Assembly (NCBI GenBank): GCA_965112155.1
Contig: OZ218098.1
Strand: one strand, 5' to 3'
Length of the DNA: 64,000 nt
From: Podarcis liolepis
Lineage: Eukaryota
Of the stretch, positions 26,001 to 36,745 are shown piece after piece. Both the position numbers and the translations under genes were made by a program. How positions within the stretch are numbered: the stretch's first letter is position 1; the number at the start of each line of letters is the position of its first letter. Below the pieces are notes generated by a model. That model was not told the DNA's origin and did not search any database. It worked only from the letters and a program-made list of their open reading frames with translations.

Positions 26001-26323
26001 GCAAGAGCTATCAAAAACCGATATATATATATATTCAAATCTGGTATTAAATAGGCGGAACAGAACTGTTAAGTGCTCTCAGGAAGTATAGAAGCTGCAG
26101 GATTATTTTGTTCACATGTCACAAAGAAAAACTAAACACCAACCTAAAATGTTAAGATATTGCTGACCAATATAGAAGAATGAGGTTTATCAGACAAGCT
26201 TCTGATAGAAAACTTACCAGGAGGTACAGGTGGAGGAAAACCTGGAAATTGTGGAGGTGGAATTCCAGGTGGAAGCGTTGGGATACCCATAGGAGGGCGA
26301 TTCAAGTGAGGCGGAAAAGACAT
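1232..26323 (-). CDS. RBM25: RNA-binding protein 25 (RRM, RE/RD-rich, PWI domain splicing factor); spliced CDS, 18 coding exons, 838 aa
   Basis: Exons in transcript order: 26323-26218, 25966-25917, 25282-25112, 23053-22996, 22391-22231, 17791-17609, 15605-15552, 15294-15211, 11546-11266, 10747-10534, 10056-9967, 8788-8715, 7936-7786, 7426-7102, 6776-6502, 3474-3376, 1518-1471, 1324-1232. Sum 2517 nt with compatible phases. Starts MSFPPHLNRPPMG, ends LIYETEAKKIGLVK*, matching vertebrate RBM25. Confidence 0.97.
1471..1518 (-). CDS. RBM25: RBM25 exon 18
   Basis: VMAHSSPQSILDDVAM; donor gtgagt. Confidence 0.94.
3376..3474 (-). CDS. RBM25: RBM25 exon 17 (PWI motif)
   Basis: TLMERRIRPWINKKIIEYIGEEEATLVDFVCSK. 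Confidence 0.95.
3561..3950 (-). mobile_element. Sauria SINE, full length
   Basis: tRNA-like head (GGGACGTGGGTGGTGCTGTGG on minus strand), (ACCTTT)-type tail, 12-bp TSD ttgtcacttata at 3549-3560 and 3951-3962. Confidence 0.9.
4476..5074. mobile_element. Non-autonomous TcMar (Tc2/pogo-like) MITE with internal ~89-bp GC-rich repeats
   Basis: TIRs CCGTATTTT(G/T)CGCCC(C/T)ATAGGACGC, flanking TA; internal unit gcgctgatccc..gactgcaggcagctctgcgc at 4671, 4761 and 4849. Confidence 0.88.
5410..5659. mobile_element. Shorter, older MITE related to 4476-5074
   Basis: Right TIR gagtcttatagagcaaaaattacgg-TA; shared subterminal sequence gcctgcattcgc...cacacatttcccct; central hairpin. Confidence 0.8.
5753..5985. 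mobile_element. Tigger-like TcMar MITE
   Basis: TA-cagtggtacctcggg ... cccgaggtaccactg-TA. Confidence 0.9.
6169..6213. repeat. (TAAG)n(TAAA)n microsatellite at an L2-type tail
   Basis: direct reading. Confidence 0.85.
6502..6776 (-). CDS. RBM25: RBM25 exon 16 (start of PWI region)
   Basis: ACNSPNQPNAVKRKKL...KIPTAKPELFAYPLDWSIVDS. Confidence 0.95.
7102..7426 (-). CDS. RBM25: RBM25 exon 15 (followed by GC-AG intron)
   Basis: MEQEAERRRQ...KIGLSLKL(G); donor TGG|gcaagt. Confidence 0.93.
7786..7936 (-). CDS. RBM25: RBM25 exon 14
   Basis: GSALQKRLRDREKEMEADE...PDAELQR. Confidence 0.95.
8715..8788 (-). CDS. RBM25: RBM25 exon 13
   Basis: AKEAKRLKEFLEDYDDDRDDPKYY(R). Confidence 0.95.
9967..10056 (-). 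CDS. RBM25: RBM25 exon 12
   Basis: RLKNWEIRERKKAREYEKEAEREEERRREM. Confidence 0.95.
10534..10747 (-). CDS. RBM25: RBM25 exon 11 (RE-rich)
   Basis: EKSRDRERERE...KEAAYQE. Confidence 0.95.
11019..11046. repeat. (AC)n microsatellite
   Basis: direct reading. Confidence 0.9.
11266..11546 (-). CDS. RBM25: RBM25 exon 10 (RE/RD-rich)
   Basis: KLEEEKGKKEKERQEIEKERRERE...DRSRS(R). Confidence 0.95.
15211..15294 (-). CDS. RBM25: RBM25 exon 9
   Basis: EDINAIEMEEDKRDLISREISKFRDTHK; donor AAG|gtagta. Confidence 0.95.
15552..15605 (-). CDS. RBM25: RBM25 exon 8
   Basis: IFRRFPVAPLIPYPLITK; 54 nt; weak donor AAG|gttcgt. Confidence 0.92.
17609..17791 (-). CDS. RBM25: RBM25 exon 7
   Basis: NTRPETTTDDDEALDEE...KKKKEKKED; 183 nt, phase 0-0. 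Confidence 0.95.
17969..18246. mobile_element. hAT-type non-autonomous element
   Basis: TIR tagggctgggcga / ttgcccagcctta; degenerate 8-bp TSD gtcctggc/gtcctcac; partial second copy at about 51192-51270. Confidence 0.75.
20094..20297. mobile_element. Tigger-like TcMar MITE
   Basis: cagtggtacctcgtgttacgtac ... gtacgtaacacgaggtagcactg-TA; related to 5753-5985. Confidence 0.87.
20534..20784. mobile_element. Tigger-like TcMar MITE (cagtggtgcctc family)
   Basis: TA-cagtggtgcctc ... ggggcaccactg-TA. Confidence 0.87.
21017..21333 (-). mobile_element. Sauria SINE, internally deleted/truncated
   Basis: Collinear with the 3561-3950 copy; aggtaaaggtaaatgacccc tail. Confidence 0.85.
22231..22391 (-). 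CDS. RBM25: RBM25 exon 6 (RRM RNP1)
   Basis: AFGFCEYKEPESTLRALRLL...KKRASNG. Confidence 0.95.
22996..23053 (-). CDS. RBM25: RBM25 exon 5 (RRM)
   Basis: KCGLVLSWKRVQGASGKLQ; AG/GT boundaries. Confidence 0.94.
23715..23857 (+). mobile_element. tRNA(Ile)-derived SINE with CR1-type 3' tail
   Basis: gctgataacaccaaggttgcaggttcgatcc head; gactagatgatcc...ccaactctacaattctatgattct tail. Confidence 0.8.
24680..24825. mobile_element. L2-type 3' tail (plus) with (CAT/CAC)n abutting a CR1-type tail (minus)
   Basis: gtaagccgcccacagtggctggggaaacccagcc..., then gaattgtagagttggaaggg...agtccaaccccctgcaatgcagg. Confidence 0.7.
25112..25282 (-). CDS. RBM25: RBM25 exon 4 (start of RRM)
   Basis: VLVPTTVSMVG...TTVFVGNISEKASDMLIRQLLA; canonical splice sites. 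Confidence 0.95.
25917..25966 (-). CDS. RBM25: RBM25 exon 3
   Basis: (G)TPMIPVPMGIMAPAPT; cag| and |gtaagt. Confidence 0.93.
26218..26323 (-). CDS. RBM25: RBM25 exon 2, first coding exon (acceptor AG at 26337-26338)
   Basis: ATG TCT TTT CCG CCT CAC = MSFPPHLNRPPMGIPTLPPGIPPPQFPGFPPPVPP; donor G|gtaagt. Confidence 0.95.
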
Positions 26324-29300
26324 TTTTAGCAGTAACCTAGAAAAAGAATGAACTTATTAGCTTCAAATCAGTGCTTGTTTACATGTGTTTCTACTCTACC
26401 CCTAAATGAGAAAGATGCTTAAAACCAGGTAGAAAACAGGAGCTCTAGCCTAACTCTAGCTGCCTAAGCACATCTTGCTCCAAGTTATCAGATATGAGAT
26501 AGCTAACTGTGAAACACCTACAGAGAAAGCCCATTGAGCATGGTTCTCACTTCAGGTTGTTGCTACACAAACTACCCCCCTATGTAGGTAGGGCTAGCAA
26601 GTTTTGTGGAGATAAAAGGCTCAGTCAGGAACACAGCTGATCCTAATAGCCACAAAGGTCCGGTCTGGATAAGAATTGCAGCTGAGCTGAATATTCCTTC
26701 CTTGCTGCTCCCTTCATTGCACACCAGCTTTGATGTGATGACCCTGGCTTGTATTAAGCCAGAATTCCCCATTATATCCAATGCTGGATGACTAATCCTC
26801 AAGCCCCACCCCCAAGTCCTAGTCAAAGAGAAGTGTCTTCACCAATCTACAAAAAGTCAGCAATGTCAGTGATAAGATGCATCTCCAATGAGAAAATAGT
26901 TCTCCCATGGGGAAAGCATCGGTTAGGACCGTTATGTGAACCATATGACACAAATTTTTAAGCAGGCTCACTAGATTCCCATGTGCTTCCAAGTACAATT
27001 CTGGTACTGGTGTTTTATATGAAGTGTTAGTATGGCTTTGACTCAGGAGGATTGCTCCTGCTAGATCAAAAGCCCTTGTACTTGGACAACAGCATCAACT
27101 GGATATAACCTACTATGTTTTTGGAGGTTGCTTTTAGAGCTGGAATTTTTGCTTGGATTGTTTTTGTCTGCTGCTGCCCTGTTTTTAGATTTGATGTTGT
27201 ATCATCTTGGTATTTACTGCTTGCTTGTGTTATTTTATTATTACTACAATAAATAAAATAAAATTTTAAAGAGGTGGCATATAAATTTATAAAAGAAAGT
27301 AAATATTAGACAAGGCACTTAATGCTTTTATTTGTTCAATTCTATACATGTTTACCTGAAAGCAAGTCCCGTTGAAATCAGTACTTCCAAGTAAATGAAA
27401 TATGGGTGCACCAGACCAAAAATAACCTAAAGGTCAACAATAAAAAGCATGAAGGCTTGCTCTAACCATATGACCTCAGGCTAAGCTCAGTAGTGGAGCA
27501 CCCTTTGCATGCGGGTTTCAGGTCCAGTTGTTGGCATCCGTAATGAAAAGATTTCAGGCTGGGAAAGACTCTTTTACCAGTTAGACTGAACAATATAGGA
27601 CAAGATGAACAAACAGTTGCTGCATCTGGATGACACAAGAAACAATCCTTTATCATAATGAGAATGAGTCTAGGTGAGCCTTGGGTTTGCGTGTCCCTAA
27701 ATCTTCTTTAATAGTCACTAAATTTTTGTAATAAGTCTGTGTTGCCTGAACCTGAAAAACTACTGTTAATCTTAACTATGATTTATTCAAATAAATTACT
27801 TTCCAACCACAGGTAGTTAAGATTAACTAGAGTTTGTCAGATTGGTATGTCACCTCAAGCTGCAGTTAATAAAAAATGAAATCAAGACTGTCTAAAGTCC
27901 TCTCTGCTTAGGCTTATTCTCGTGATATACCAAAGTTTAATGTGATGTCTGAAAGTGGTCAATATAAGGCAGCTTCTACATTACAACATGAATGATAATT
28001 TAACCAAGCAGCAGTAAGAATAGTGCAAGGGAAAGGTTAACTGATATCAAAGGGATACAGAAGTGTTGACTTTATAGTGACCTAGGGAAGAAAGAAGTAG
28101 TTGGTCCGAGGAGCATCTGAAAGTCGAAAGGAGTGTGGATTCATGAGCAGAAAATGGAATGGCTGGTCAATAAATAAGTAAGATTATAGCACAAGGCAGG
28201 AATGCAGGCATGGAAAATAAAGAAAACAAGTTGAAAGACGGGGAGATAAAGAAACAGAGGGAGTCTTGGGTAGTACAGTAATAGAAAAACAAAGGGATGA
28301 AAGACCCAAAAATGTAAAGGAGAAAAAAGCCCTTCAGCTGTCTGGTGTGGAAAACCTAAACATTTTGGGGGTATTAGATGCTGTTTCATGAATCAATCTT
28401 CTACCAATTATGAGTAAACATTTAGAAGATTAGTAAAAATATTATTACTGCTACCCTTTGTTCCAAAGGATAAATTAACCAATAAATAATTAAAATCCTA
28501 TTTTAAAAAGGCAGGATTGGCAATCATACAATGGATATACCACTGACATATTTATCACACCTGCCTCCTGCCCACTCCCGTACATGCAGTATTGCTTTAA
28601 TTTTTTGGATAAAGTCCATGCTCAGTCACCAAGCTCACCACTTGCATGCGTAAGTCCACCACCTTATTGCCTGTCTGACTGTTCATTACATTAATCCAGT
28701 TACCAATGCATGGACTATGGTGGCCAGAATATTCCAATCCAGATATGGCTTTTGCTGGTGTAGTAGGTGAAACTGATTGAAGACCCAACTTTTGCATACT
28801 GCTTCATGCCAAAACAAACTTATAAAGGGTTTGCAAGTAAACAAATCAACTACTGTACAACTATAAACACCCATAATTAAAATATAGAATGTAACACTTA
28901 AATCACACAAAGTACATTTTAAAGAGATATTTATACAGCATGAAAAATTGGCATGATATACTTTTTAACCTCTCACTACTATATAAAAGTCAAACATGCA
29001 TGCCATATCCAAACAGTTTAGGGCAGCATTACATTTTCTAATTAATTCTCCCTGCTCAGGAAATCCACATCCTAAGTAGAAAACAATGGGGAACATGTGA
29101 AAGCAAGTCACGAATGAAATTACAGAAGTGTTAGGTCTGAAGATTACAAGAGAAGCATTCTAATTTGACTGCTGGAAGGAAGGTTAGCAGACAGGAGTCG
29201 CAGAAGTTCAAGCCAGTTATAACCATATATAAACAAGTTAGCAGTAAAGAGATAGATAAACCTGGAAAGACTGAATGACTGATAAAACCTGGCCAAAAAC

Positions 29301-30374
29301 CTTGGCATGGATGGAGAAAAGTGCTTATTCCTAGAATGCTGCCTTAAAATAAAGAGTTCTGTCATAGTCATACATATAAATGTAAAAAAAACCCAAAAAA
29401 AACTAAAAGATTTGTGTATTGAATAAATGCCAAGAAATAAAGGAATAAATTAAAACTTATTTCTGCCATGTTGAACTCTGGATACTAGCAAGACAGCTAG
29501 ACAATAAACAGAGCTCGGGAGGATTCCAGGAGAGAGGGATGCAGGTGAAAATCACATCAGAGCCATCAACTGTCCTTTGGGAAGGATTCCAGGAGAGATG
29601 GGAATGCAGGCAAAGAGTACATCAGAACCTGCTCCAGTAGATTTCCCCCATATTTCCCAGAGGGCAATCTACCACCATATGTACTGTGGAAAGAATCCCA
29701 ATGGTTCTGTATGTTGCTACTTCTTACCATGTGTTGCTTTACTTTTTTAACATAGATTAATGTTACTTATAAGCTAGCTCGGAAGCATGTGTATCCTGAG
29801 AGGTGAGATACATGTGTGTGTAATAAAGATGAGACATTAGGACTGAATTTCCATTTGCACTTAGTTGAGAGTAAATTCCATGAAAAACAATGGTACTTAA
29901 GAGTAGACATTGCAAGACATGTCTTGCAAATATGGCATTTTAATGAATCCAGCTTTTATGATGAGGCTGTTCAGTATGTAAAAAGAGAAAAATAAGGAGT
30001 TAAAGGATGAATTCCATAGAATTCATGGAGTCAGATAGTAAAAATCTTGGACAAAGCCAGGCTTTTAGATGCATGAAAGAGAAAAAGTTCCTGGTCGTGT
30101 TATATGATCCCAGAATATTTTCCATTTCTCATCTGTTGAAATAGTTTTAATAAAGTTTAAATTAAGAGGGACATAGTCATACACCAAACCACATTTCCAC
30201 CAGCGATCCTATAAATACCAACAGGTTTTTGCAGCTGTTTAATTTTTGCTTACCAAGTCATCTTAATGTTAATCTGTATTTTAAAAAAATGATATTTCAT
30301 GTTTATATATCACCTTGAAATGTATGGTGGCATAGAAATATATATATTAGTAAATATAGATGACCAACAAAATA

Positions 30375-30846
30375 CCGTACTTTTCTGTGTATAAGACTAG
30401 GGTTTTGTTTTTTACTAAAAAAGGTTTAAAAACTGGGGGCAACTTATACATGGGTAGTGGGTAGGGGTGACAGGTGATTGGTTGCAGCCGCGAGCTGCAG
30501 ATTGTCATTGGCGATTTGTAGTGTGATTGGTGGCTGCGGCAAGGGTTCTTTGTATTGGCTGTGGGAAATGGGTGTGTGATTGGTTGCTGTGTCAAGGGCT
30601 GCTGGGGATTGGCTGCCACTGCGGCAACTGTGCTTGCTATTTACTTCCGCTGTTGGCGATCGGGCAGCCTCCTGTAGCTGATGAGATTGTTAACGAGCAG
30701 CACAAGCGATTTCAATTGCCGGGTTAGTGATTTACTGCATTCTCCCCAAAAAAGCTCAACAACTTTCGGCCATTTTCTGAAATTGGAATCCCCAAAAAAT
30801 AGGGGCGTGCTATACAAGGGGGCATGTTATACATGAAAAAGTACGG
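30375..30846. mobile_element. TcMar (Tc2/pogo-like) non-autonomous element
   Basis: TA-ccgtacttttc ... gaaaaagtacgg-TA. Confidence 0.82.
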
Positions 30847-31339
30847 TATTTGCAATACTATTATGCTTAGAAAAGAAAAAAATGCCAAGACTATATAGAA
30901 GTTTGTTTTGATACACCTAAAATTATGCTATTTACATTGTATTAATTGTTTTAAGGTACTCCTCTTCATCCTGCTATAGATAATTTTATGCTTGAACAAA
31001 TATCAGTAATCAGTCTGCACCAGAGACTGCAAGTTTGGATTAACTGGTGGCATCTTGGTTTAAAAAACAAGAAATTATAGATGCAATACAGTTAGCATTT
31101 TTTCTTAACATTTTATCAAAATGTTGCCTAAACACAAGTAGACAACTAGTTTGAGGGTCACCGGAAACAGAGCCAGAGGACTATGAACTACTGTATTTTG
31201 GAATTGCATAAAAAGATCTGAAATGTTCAGTGCTAATTTAACATGAACTTTCTGGAGATAGAGATAAAAAGCAGTCAGACCACACAGCCTTCTAGTTCAG
31301 CAATACCTAGGCTGATTGGCAGTCTCTCCAGGATTTCAG

Positions 31340-31430
31340 ACTAGAGTCTTTCCCAGCCTTACCTGAAGATGCTTGGAACTGAATCTGAGACCCTCTGAAT
31401 GCAAAGCTGATGCTCTACCACTGAGCTATG
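31340..31430 (-). mobile_element. Degenerate tRNA-derived SINE head
   Basis: Minus strand reads catagctcagtggtagagcatc...; related plus-strand copy at about 27478-27620. Confidence 0.6.
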
Positions 31431-32049
31431 ATCAATATGCCAGCTCTCCCAGCATTATTTCTGCTGCAAGTCTAATTCATACCAAGTTCCATTGGGGTTT
31501 CATTTCAGGTAAATGTTATTAAGGCTTAAAACACATTTCTCACACACATAATGGAAAACCTCCATTGAAGATGTGCAGATTCATTACCGTTACATCCCAC
31601 AGCCTTGCCTGCAATAAAGGAACAATAACCTGCTACTTAAAACACAGTTATGAATGATTGATCCCAACCACATTATGTGGGCATGTTGCAGGTACTTCTA
31701 TGAGATTATTTGCATGTGCAAGTACAGAAGCTGCAGGGTTTTTGTTTTTTTTTACACGCTGAACTTGAAAGATAGCGAAGTTCAGCTTGCTGCTCAACAT
31801 TTTGTAATAAAATTACCCATTTGCCAACGCACTGCCATATAGAAGCTTATTTTGCACGAGTGAGACCTTTCAAGAACACTGCGCTTTAACAAGCTGACAA
31901 TTCTGCCTACGGTGCGTGATCTGCGATGGCCCCATTCACACGTACCAGTCAAAGCTTGATGCTCGTCAAGCTCTGAACACGCACGTCGTGAATCGGGCCC
32001 ATGTACAAAACACGCAGGGGGCTTCCAGGAACACAACTATGAGGCTTCG

Positions 32050-33020
32050 TTCTAAACGGGCTAACTCGCAGGGCGGTTGAGCGTGTGACCCTCCCTTCCT
32101 AAGAAGCTCTCGCCCACTAGCGCCCCCCACATCATTTCCCTCCGCCCATCCGCTAAGAAAGGGGGGGAACCTCCAAACACCCCCCTCCCCGCGAAAGAGG
32201 ACCCGATCCCGCCGCCCAGCTCCCCTCCCCCCCCTCGTGGCCTGTAGGTCGCGGACTCCGCCGTTCCCCCTCCCCCAGGGAAACCAAGAGCGGACCCCCC
32301 CAACCCCCTCGACCCGCTCCCGCCCCCTGCTAGAGTGGCGCCCAGTACCGCAGGTGCCCCATGCCGGCGAGGCCCGTCATGTCCTCGCCCCCTCCCCGTT
32401 CCTTGAGGAGGATTAGCGGCAGCGGCCCGGACGTCACCCGCCTCTCACCGCAAGCGCTGCCGGAGGAAACGAGGCCTTTCCCTCGCGACGCCTCTAAACC
32501 CGGCAAAGGCAACTAGGCCGCGAACGCACCGCAATGAGCCACAGGCGCCGTCGCGTTACGCCGCTGGTCACGTGAGGGGCCGCCCCTGAGCGCCTTTCGT
32601 CAGAAGACCGGGCTGCAGCGCGCGCGGCCGAACATAGAGATAGGAGCTAGAGCGACACCCGCTCCGAAAGGAAACAGAAACCTCTAGGAATCACCTCAGC
32701 TCTTCCCCACGGCCTGTCCGCCCGTCTCTCAGAGGGTAGAGTTGTAACTGACTAGTTTTCTCATTGAGCAAAATCGCCGAGGATTAAAGCTGAGTTAGAG
32801 AAAAGTGCGAACCTCTGCCCCTGCTGCAATGTTTCCTAGGAGTAGCGGCCTCCTTTGGCTCACACAAGAAGAGCGTCAGAAGGAATGAAGTCTGGTGCAT
32901 CTTGTCAATATCTTCAAAGAGGGCGGCGAGCGGCTTGACGACTCTGTCGCCATCTTTGTTGTGGGCCGTCAACACTACCGCATAATGTTTTGCGGCGAGC
33001 CGCCATTTCCCGGTCACATT
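32050..33020 (-). promoter_or_regulatory. CpG island / RBM25 promoter and non-coding exon 1
   Basis: Abrupt GC/CpG-rich block in CpG-poor DNA. Candidate exon-1 donor GCG|gtgaga (exon end 32449). E-box GTCACGTGAG 32567-32576 next to a GC box. YY1-type CGCCATCTT 32948-32956 and GCCGCCATTT 32999-33008. Confidence 0.8.
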
Positions 33021-33462
33021 TGAGCTTCTTTGGATTCTTACCATGGAAAACCAACATTGTAGAGCGTCTCTGTTCTCATCGACCCCTTCATACCTAAGCA
33101 TACGCCAGCGCTACAAGCAAAGCTATTGGGGCTCTCTTCGTTTCCGAAATGGCTTCCTAGACACGCACAGCCACGATAACCATTCAGGAACCCTGAACTG
33201 TAGGGCTCCGTACTTCAATAGTAGAGTGCCTTCGGAAAAACTATGAAAATAGGAACCTGCTATGGCCTTGTTCCTAGGTAGCGAAGCCAAGGTGTCTTGG
33301 TGTAGGCCAGCTTTATTCTTGAAACTTGAAATCCAAACAACTCTGTGAGGTAGATCAAGTACTGTAGTAACTGGCCAAAGGTCACCAAGTAAAATTCATG
33401 GGGAGGGGGGATGATTTTGAACTTGTGTCTGATTTCCCCTGTTGTGGTTTGGCATTATAACC

Positions 33463-34237
33463 TGTTACAAGAATTTTTAGGTCATATATATATCATAGCT
33501 GTCAACTTTTCCCTTTTCTTGTGAGGAATCCTATTTGGAATAAGGAAATTTCCCTTAAAAAGGGGAAATGTTGACAGCTATGATAATAATGACAAATGTT
33601 CATAAATGTACCAAGCAAACACATATATAAATACAGTATATAAAACCACATGTCTGAAACCCATAGGAAAAGTCCTAAAGCCATTTTGCCTCTTTCAGTC
33701 ACCTCAGATATTTCTCTACAAGGTCAAAGGAAATGCAGAAACCTCCCCATTGTCCCTGTCCTCACAAATCTTGCCTTAAGGGCACATTTAAGGTGTGAAT
33801 AGGGTGAGCCTGTGACCTGGCTCAGGAATTAAGTATTATCATTACAAAAGGATGGCTAGACTCCCCAGGTAATCCGGTCAAGTGACCATTAACAGGTAAC
33901 CTGACAGACAGGGTAAAAACAATGCACTCAGATTTCTGTGATGTAGGGATGATGTATCTGGGGGGTGGTGTTGGACTCCAGGGCGGGCAATTTGAAATGT
34001 CTATATAACAGCGGGCACACCTTTGTTCTGGGTCCTCCTCCTCTCTCCTGCGTGTGGGGGAGCACCCTGTTGCAACAGTTTTTTAAACTAAAGATCAGGC
34101 TTAACTAGCCGTCTTGCTTTTCACTAGAATTCTGATCTGGTCTCTGTCATTTTACTAGCCAGTAAGGGCTTTCAATTGTGCTCTGCCAGAGGTCCAGGCT
34201 CCCTCCTGGAGAAGGACCCCTTTTAACTCTTATTACA
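33463..34237 (+). mobile_element. Solo LTR (775 bp)
   Basis: TG...CA ends with short IR (tgttacaaga / tcttattaca); 4-bp TSD aacc at 33459-33462 and 34238-34241; TATA box near 34002; degenerate polyA signal (actaaa) near 34087. Confidence 0.8.
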
Positions 34238-35554
34238 AACCACTAATACACAACACCTCACGTACATACGCTCAGGGCCCAAGCTACATTATTCTCTAGG
34301 CTGTTCATATTTTACAAGCTCTTAAGTAGAAAAACTGACACTTCCCCCACCCCCCATTTATTCATAAAATTCCATGTGTCTTTCTGCGCATGAGTACAGT
34401 TGAATCTATGCTAATGCATGAATTACAGTAAATGTCAGTATTAGCCTGGGATAAAAAAGTACTAGTTAATCATGTAAATCCAGGCCTCTCTAACTGGCCC
34501 TCAGGCCTCTCCAGACCACACCTCTCACCATCCCTGCTTTGCACCCTTGGGTGATTTTTTTATGGCTAGAAACTGTCCTTTAACACATATTACATTTCTT
34601 GCTTGCCTAGATGGAGGTTAGTGAGGGGTGTGCAATTCTGTGAATAAACTAGCTTACCACACAAAGGTAAAATACAGATTCATTGCTCTGCCCACATTTG
34701 CCTGTGATTTTACCAACCGCTGGCATGTGGCTCCAGGAAGGTTGTCCAGAAAGGAATGTGGCCCCTTGGGTTGAAAAGGGTTCCCCTCCCCTGGTGTAAA
34801 GTACTGTAATGTAAGTTGTGAAGGAGGATGGGGTGGTGGTGGAACTAGCATACCTGCCCCCACTCTTTCAGCTTTTGCATATTACTTATTCATTAATATA
34901 ATGCCTGAATAGGGATAGAAAGAGAGTAGAAGGACAGACAGAAAGACTACGGGTCATGGATTTATATTTAGCCTTTGTTGTTCCATAGGCTCAGAGTAAC
35001 AACCGTTTTTAAACAACTAGCAGCCTTACAATACAATGAAGATACAAGTAATAATATTCAGTGGGAATATTAAGATGTGGCAGATGATCTGGCTATTGAT
35101 GAAGCAGTTTCCAACTAAACTCAGTAGAGTAACAACTATATTTTAAATTATTCTTTATGCAATTACATTTACATATCTTGCATTCTGATCCTGTACACAT
35201 CATTACACTGGCTGATGGACAACTCCGCATTAAGCAGTCAAAACAATACAATACAATTTCAAGATTTATTTGCTTGTAAATTGGCATTCCCTCAATAGAA
35301 GCTAAGGTCGAAGTTTCCTGAGAAAAGGTGTGTGTGTGTTTCTGTGTGACTAACAGAAAGTGATCATGCTGAGAGTTTGGACAGTGTTAGCTAAACTGTG
35401 ATGCAGCCTTGGTTGGGGCTACAACAGTTGCTCTCAAAAAATTAGAATACAATCCTAATCGTCGTTCAGCAGAGCTTGATGGAGTGGCAAAGCCAGCTTC
35501 ACATCTACAGCCCAGTTCTTGTACTGGCCAAGGCAAAGTGCAGTAAAAATACTG

Positions 35555-36745
35555 CTTTACTTTGCTAGCTCCGAAGCTCCCCACTCAGATAAAGTTGTGC
35601 TATATTCTTATTTACGCCAGGTCATAGAATTGCCTCCAGTACACCATTATAGCTGATGCATCCTATGCCTGCTAGACATGAGGTTAGTAATAACACATCT
35701 CCAAAGAAAAAACAAAAACAAGGGTAGATGTGCCCACCCTCGCTCCCTGATGCAGCTCAAACATATGCCACAACCACTAACAATGGCCACTTGACATGTG
35801 GAGGTAGCCAGTATCATTGCAATGATTCAGGCACTTCCTCAACCACGCCACCCAGAACGTACACTGCTACAGTGTACTCACTCCATAAGGCACAGTTTGG
35901 GAAAGAAGTTTGAACACCACCAGGGGAGAGTGGGCTAATGGGAAGCACCCCAACAATCCTTCCCAGTGGATATAGGACTTGAGACCACACTTCAGATACC
36001 ACAGAGCAGTTGCCTACACACTTAGCCATAAGAGCAGAAGGCAAGTACAGACGTCATGGAACATTTGTCATTCTGAAGCCCACAACCCCAACATGCAGTC
36101 ATAGGTACCAGGAACATAGGTGATGCAAGAGGAGCCCTGGGCTGGTGGAACAATTTCTGCATGCTTGGAGGGCCCTAAGTCAAATTCAGGGTACACAGCA
36201 GACTAGGAAAGAAGGATCAGCCTCCACACTCAGACACACCTGAGCTAACCAGGAGGAATGCTGCATGGAGTAAAATCCTGCCCCTCCATTAGCCAGCTAG
36301 CCATATTGACCCCTCTTTTCTCCATGGCAACTTTCCCTGTATTGCCTGATAAGCCCAATGTGGTAGCATTGCAGCAGGACTCCATCATCCTATCTAGACC
36401 AACTGACTACGTATGCTATTCTATTTGAGTAGCCTGGGAAGCATGCTCTCTTAAAGCTTACAGGACCTAAGTGAACAGAGAAAGGAGGTGCAGCTGCCCA
36501 TTAGCAGATCCAGCTCCCTGCCTTACAGTCACCTCCTGAAGTCAGCTACAACCAGATCACACTATGTTGTGGAAATCAGAAGACACCTGTGGAGTTGCCA
36601 ACCAGCAGCTTTTGTGCTTTGATGGTGGTTCAACGCACAAACTTAGCTCTAACAACTTTCTCAACTTTACTTTGCTAGCTCCGAAGCTCCCCACTCAGAT
36701 AAAGTTGTGCTATATTCTTATTTACGCCAGGTCATAGAATTGCCT
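35555..36745 (+). repeat. 81-bp exact direct repeat (35555-35635 and 36665-36745)
   Basis: ctttactttgctagctccg...catagaattgcct identical in both copies. Confidence 0.95.

Noticed and set aside
35640-36660. Possible retroelement coding fragment between the 81-bp repeats
   Set aside because: No long ORF or recognisable gag/pol/env/RT motif by eye; left unassigned.
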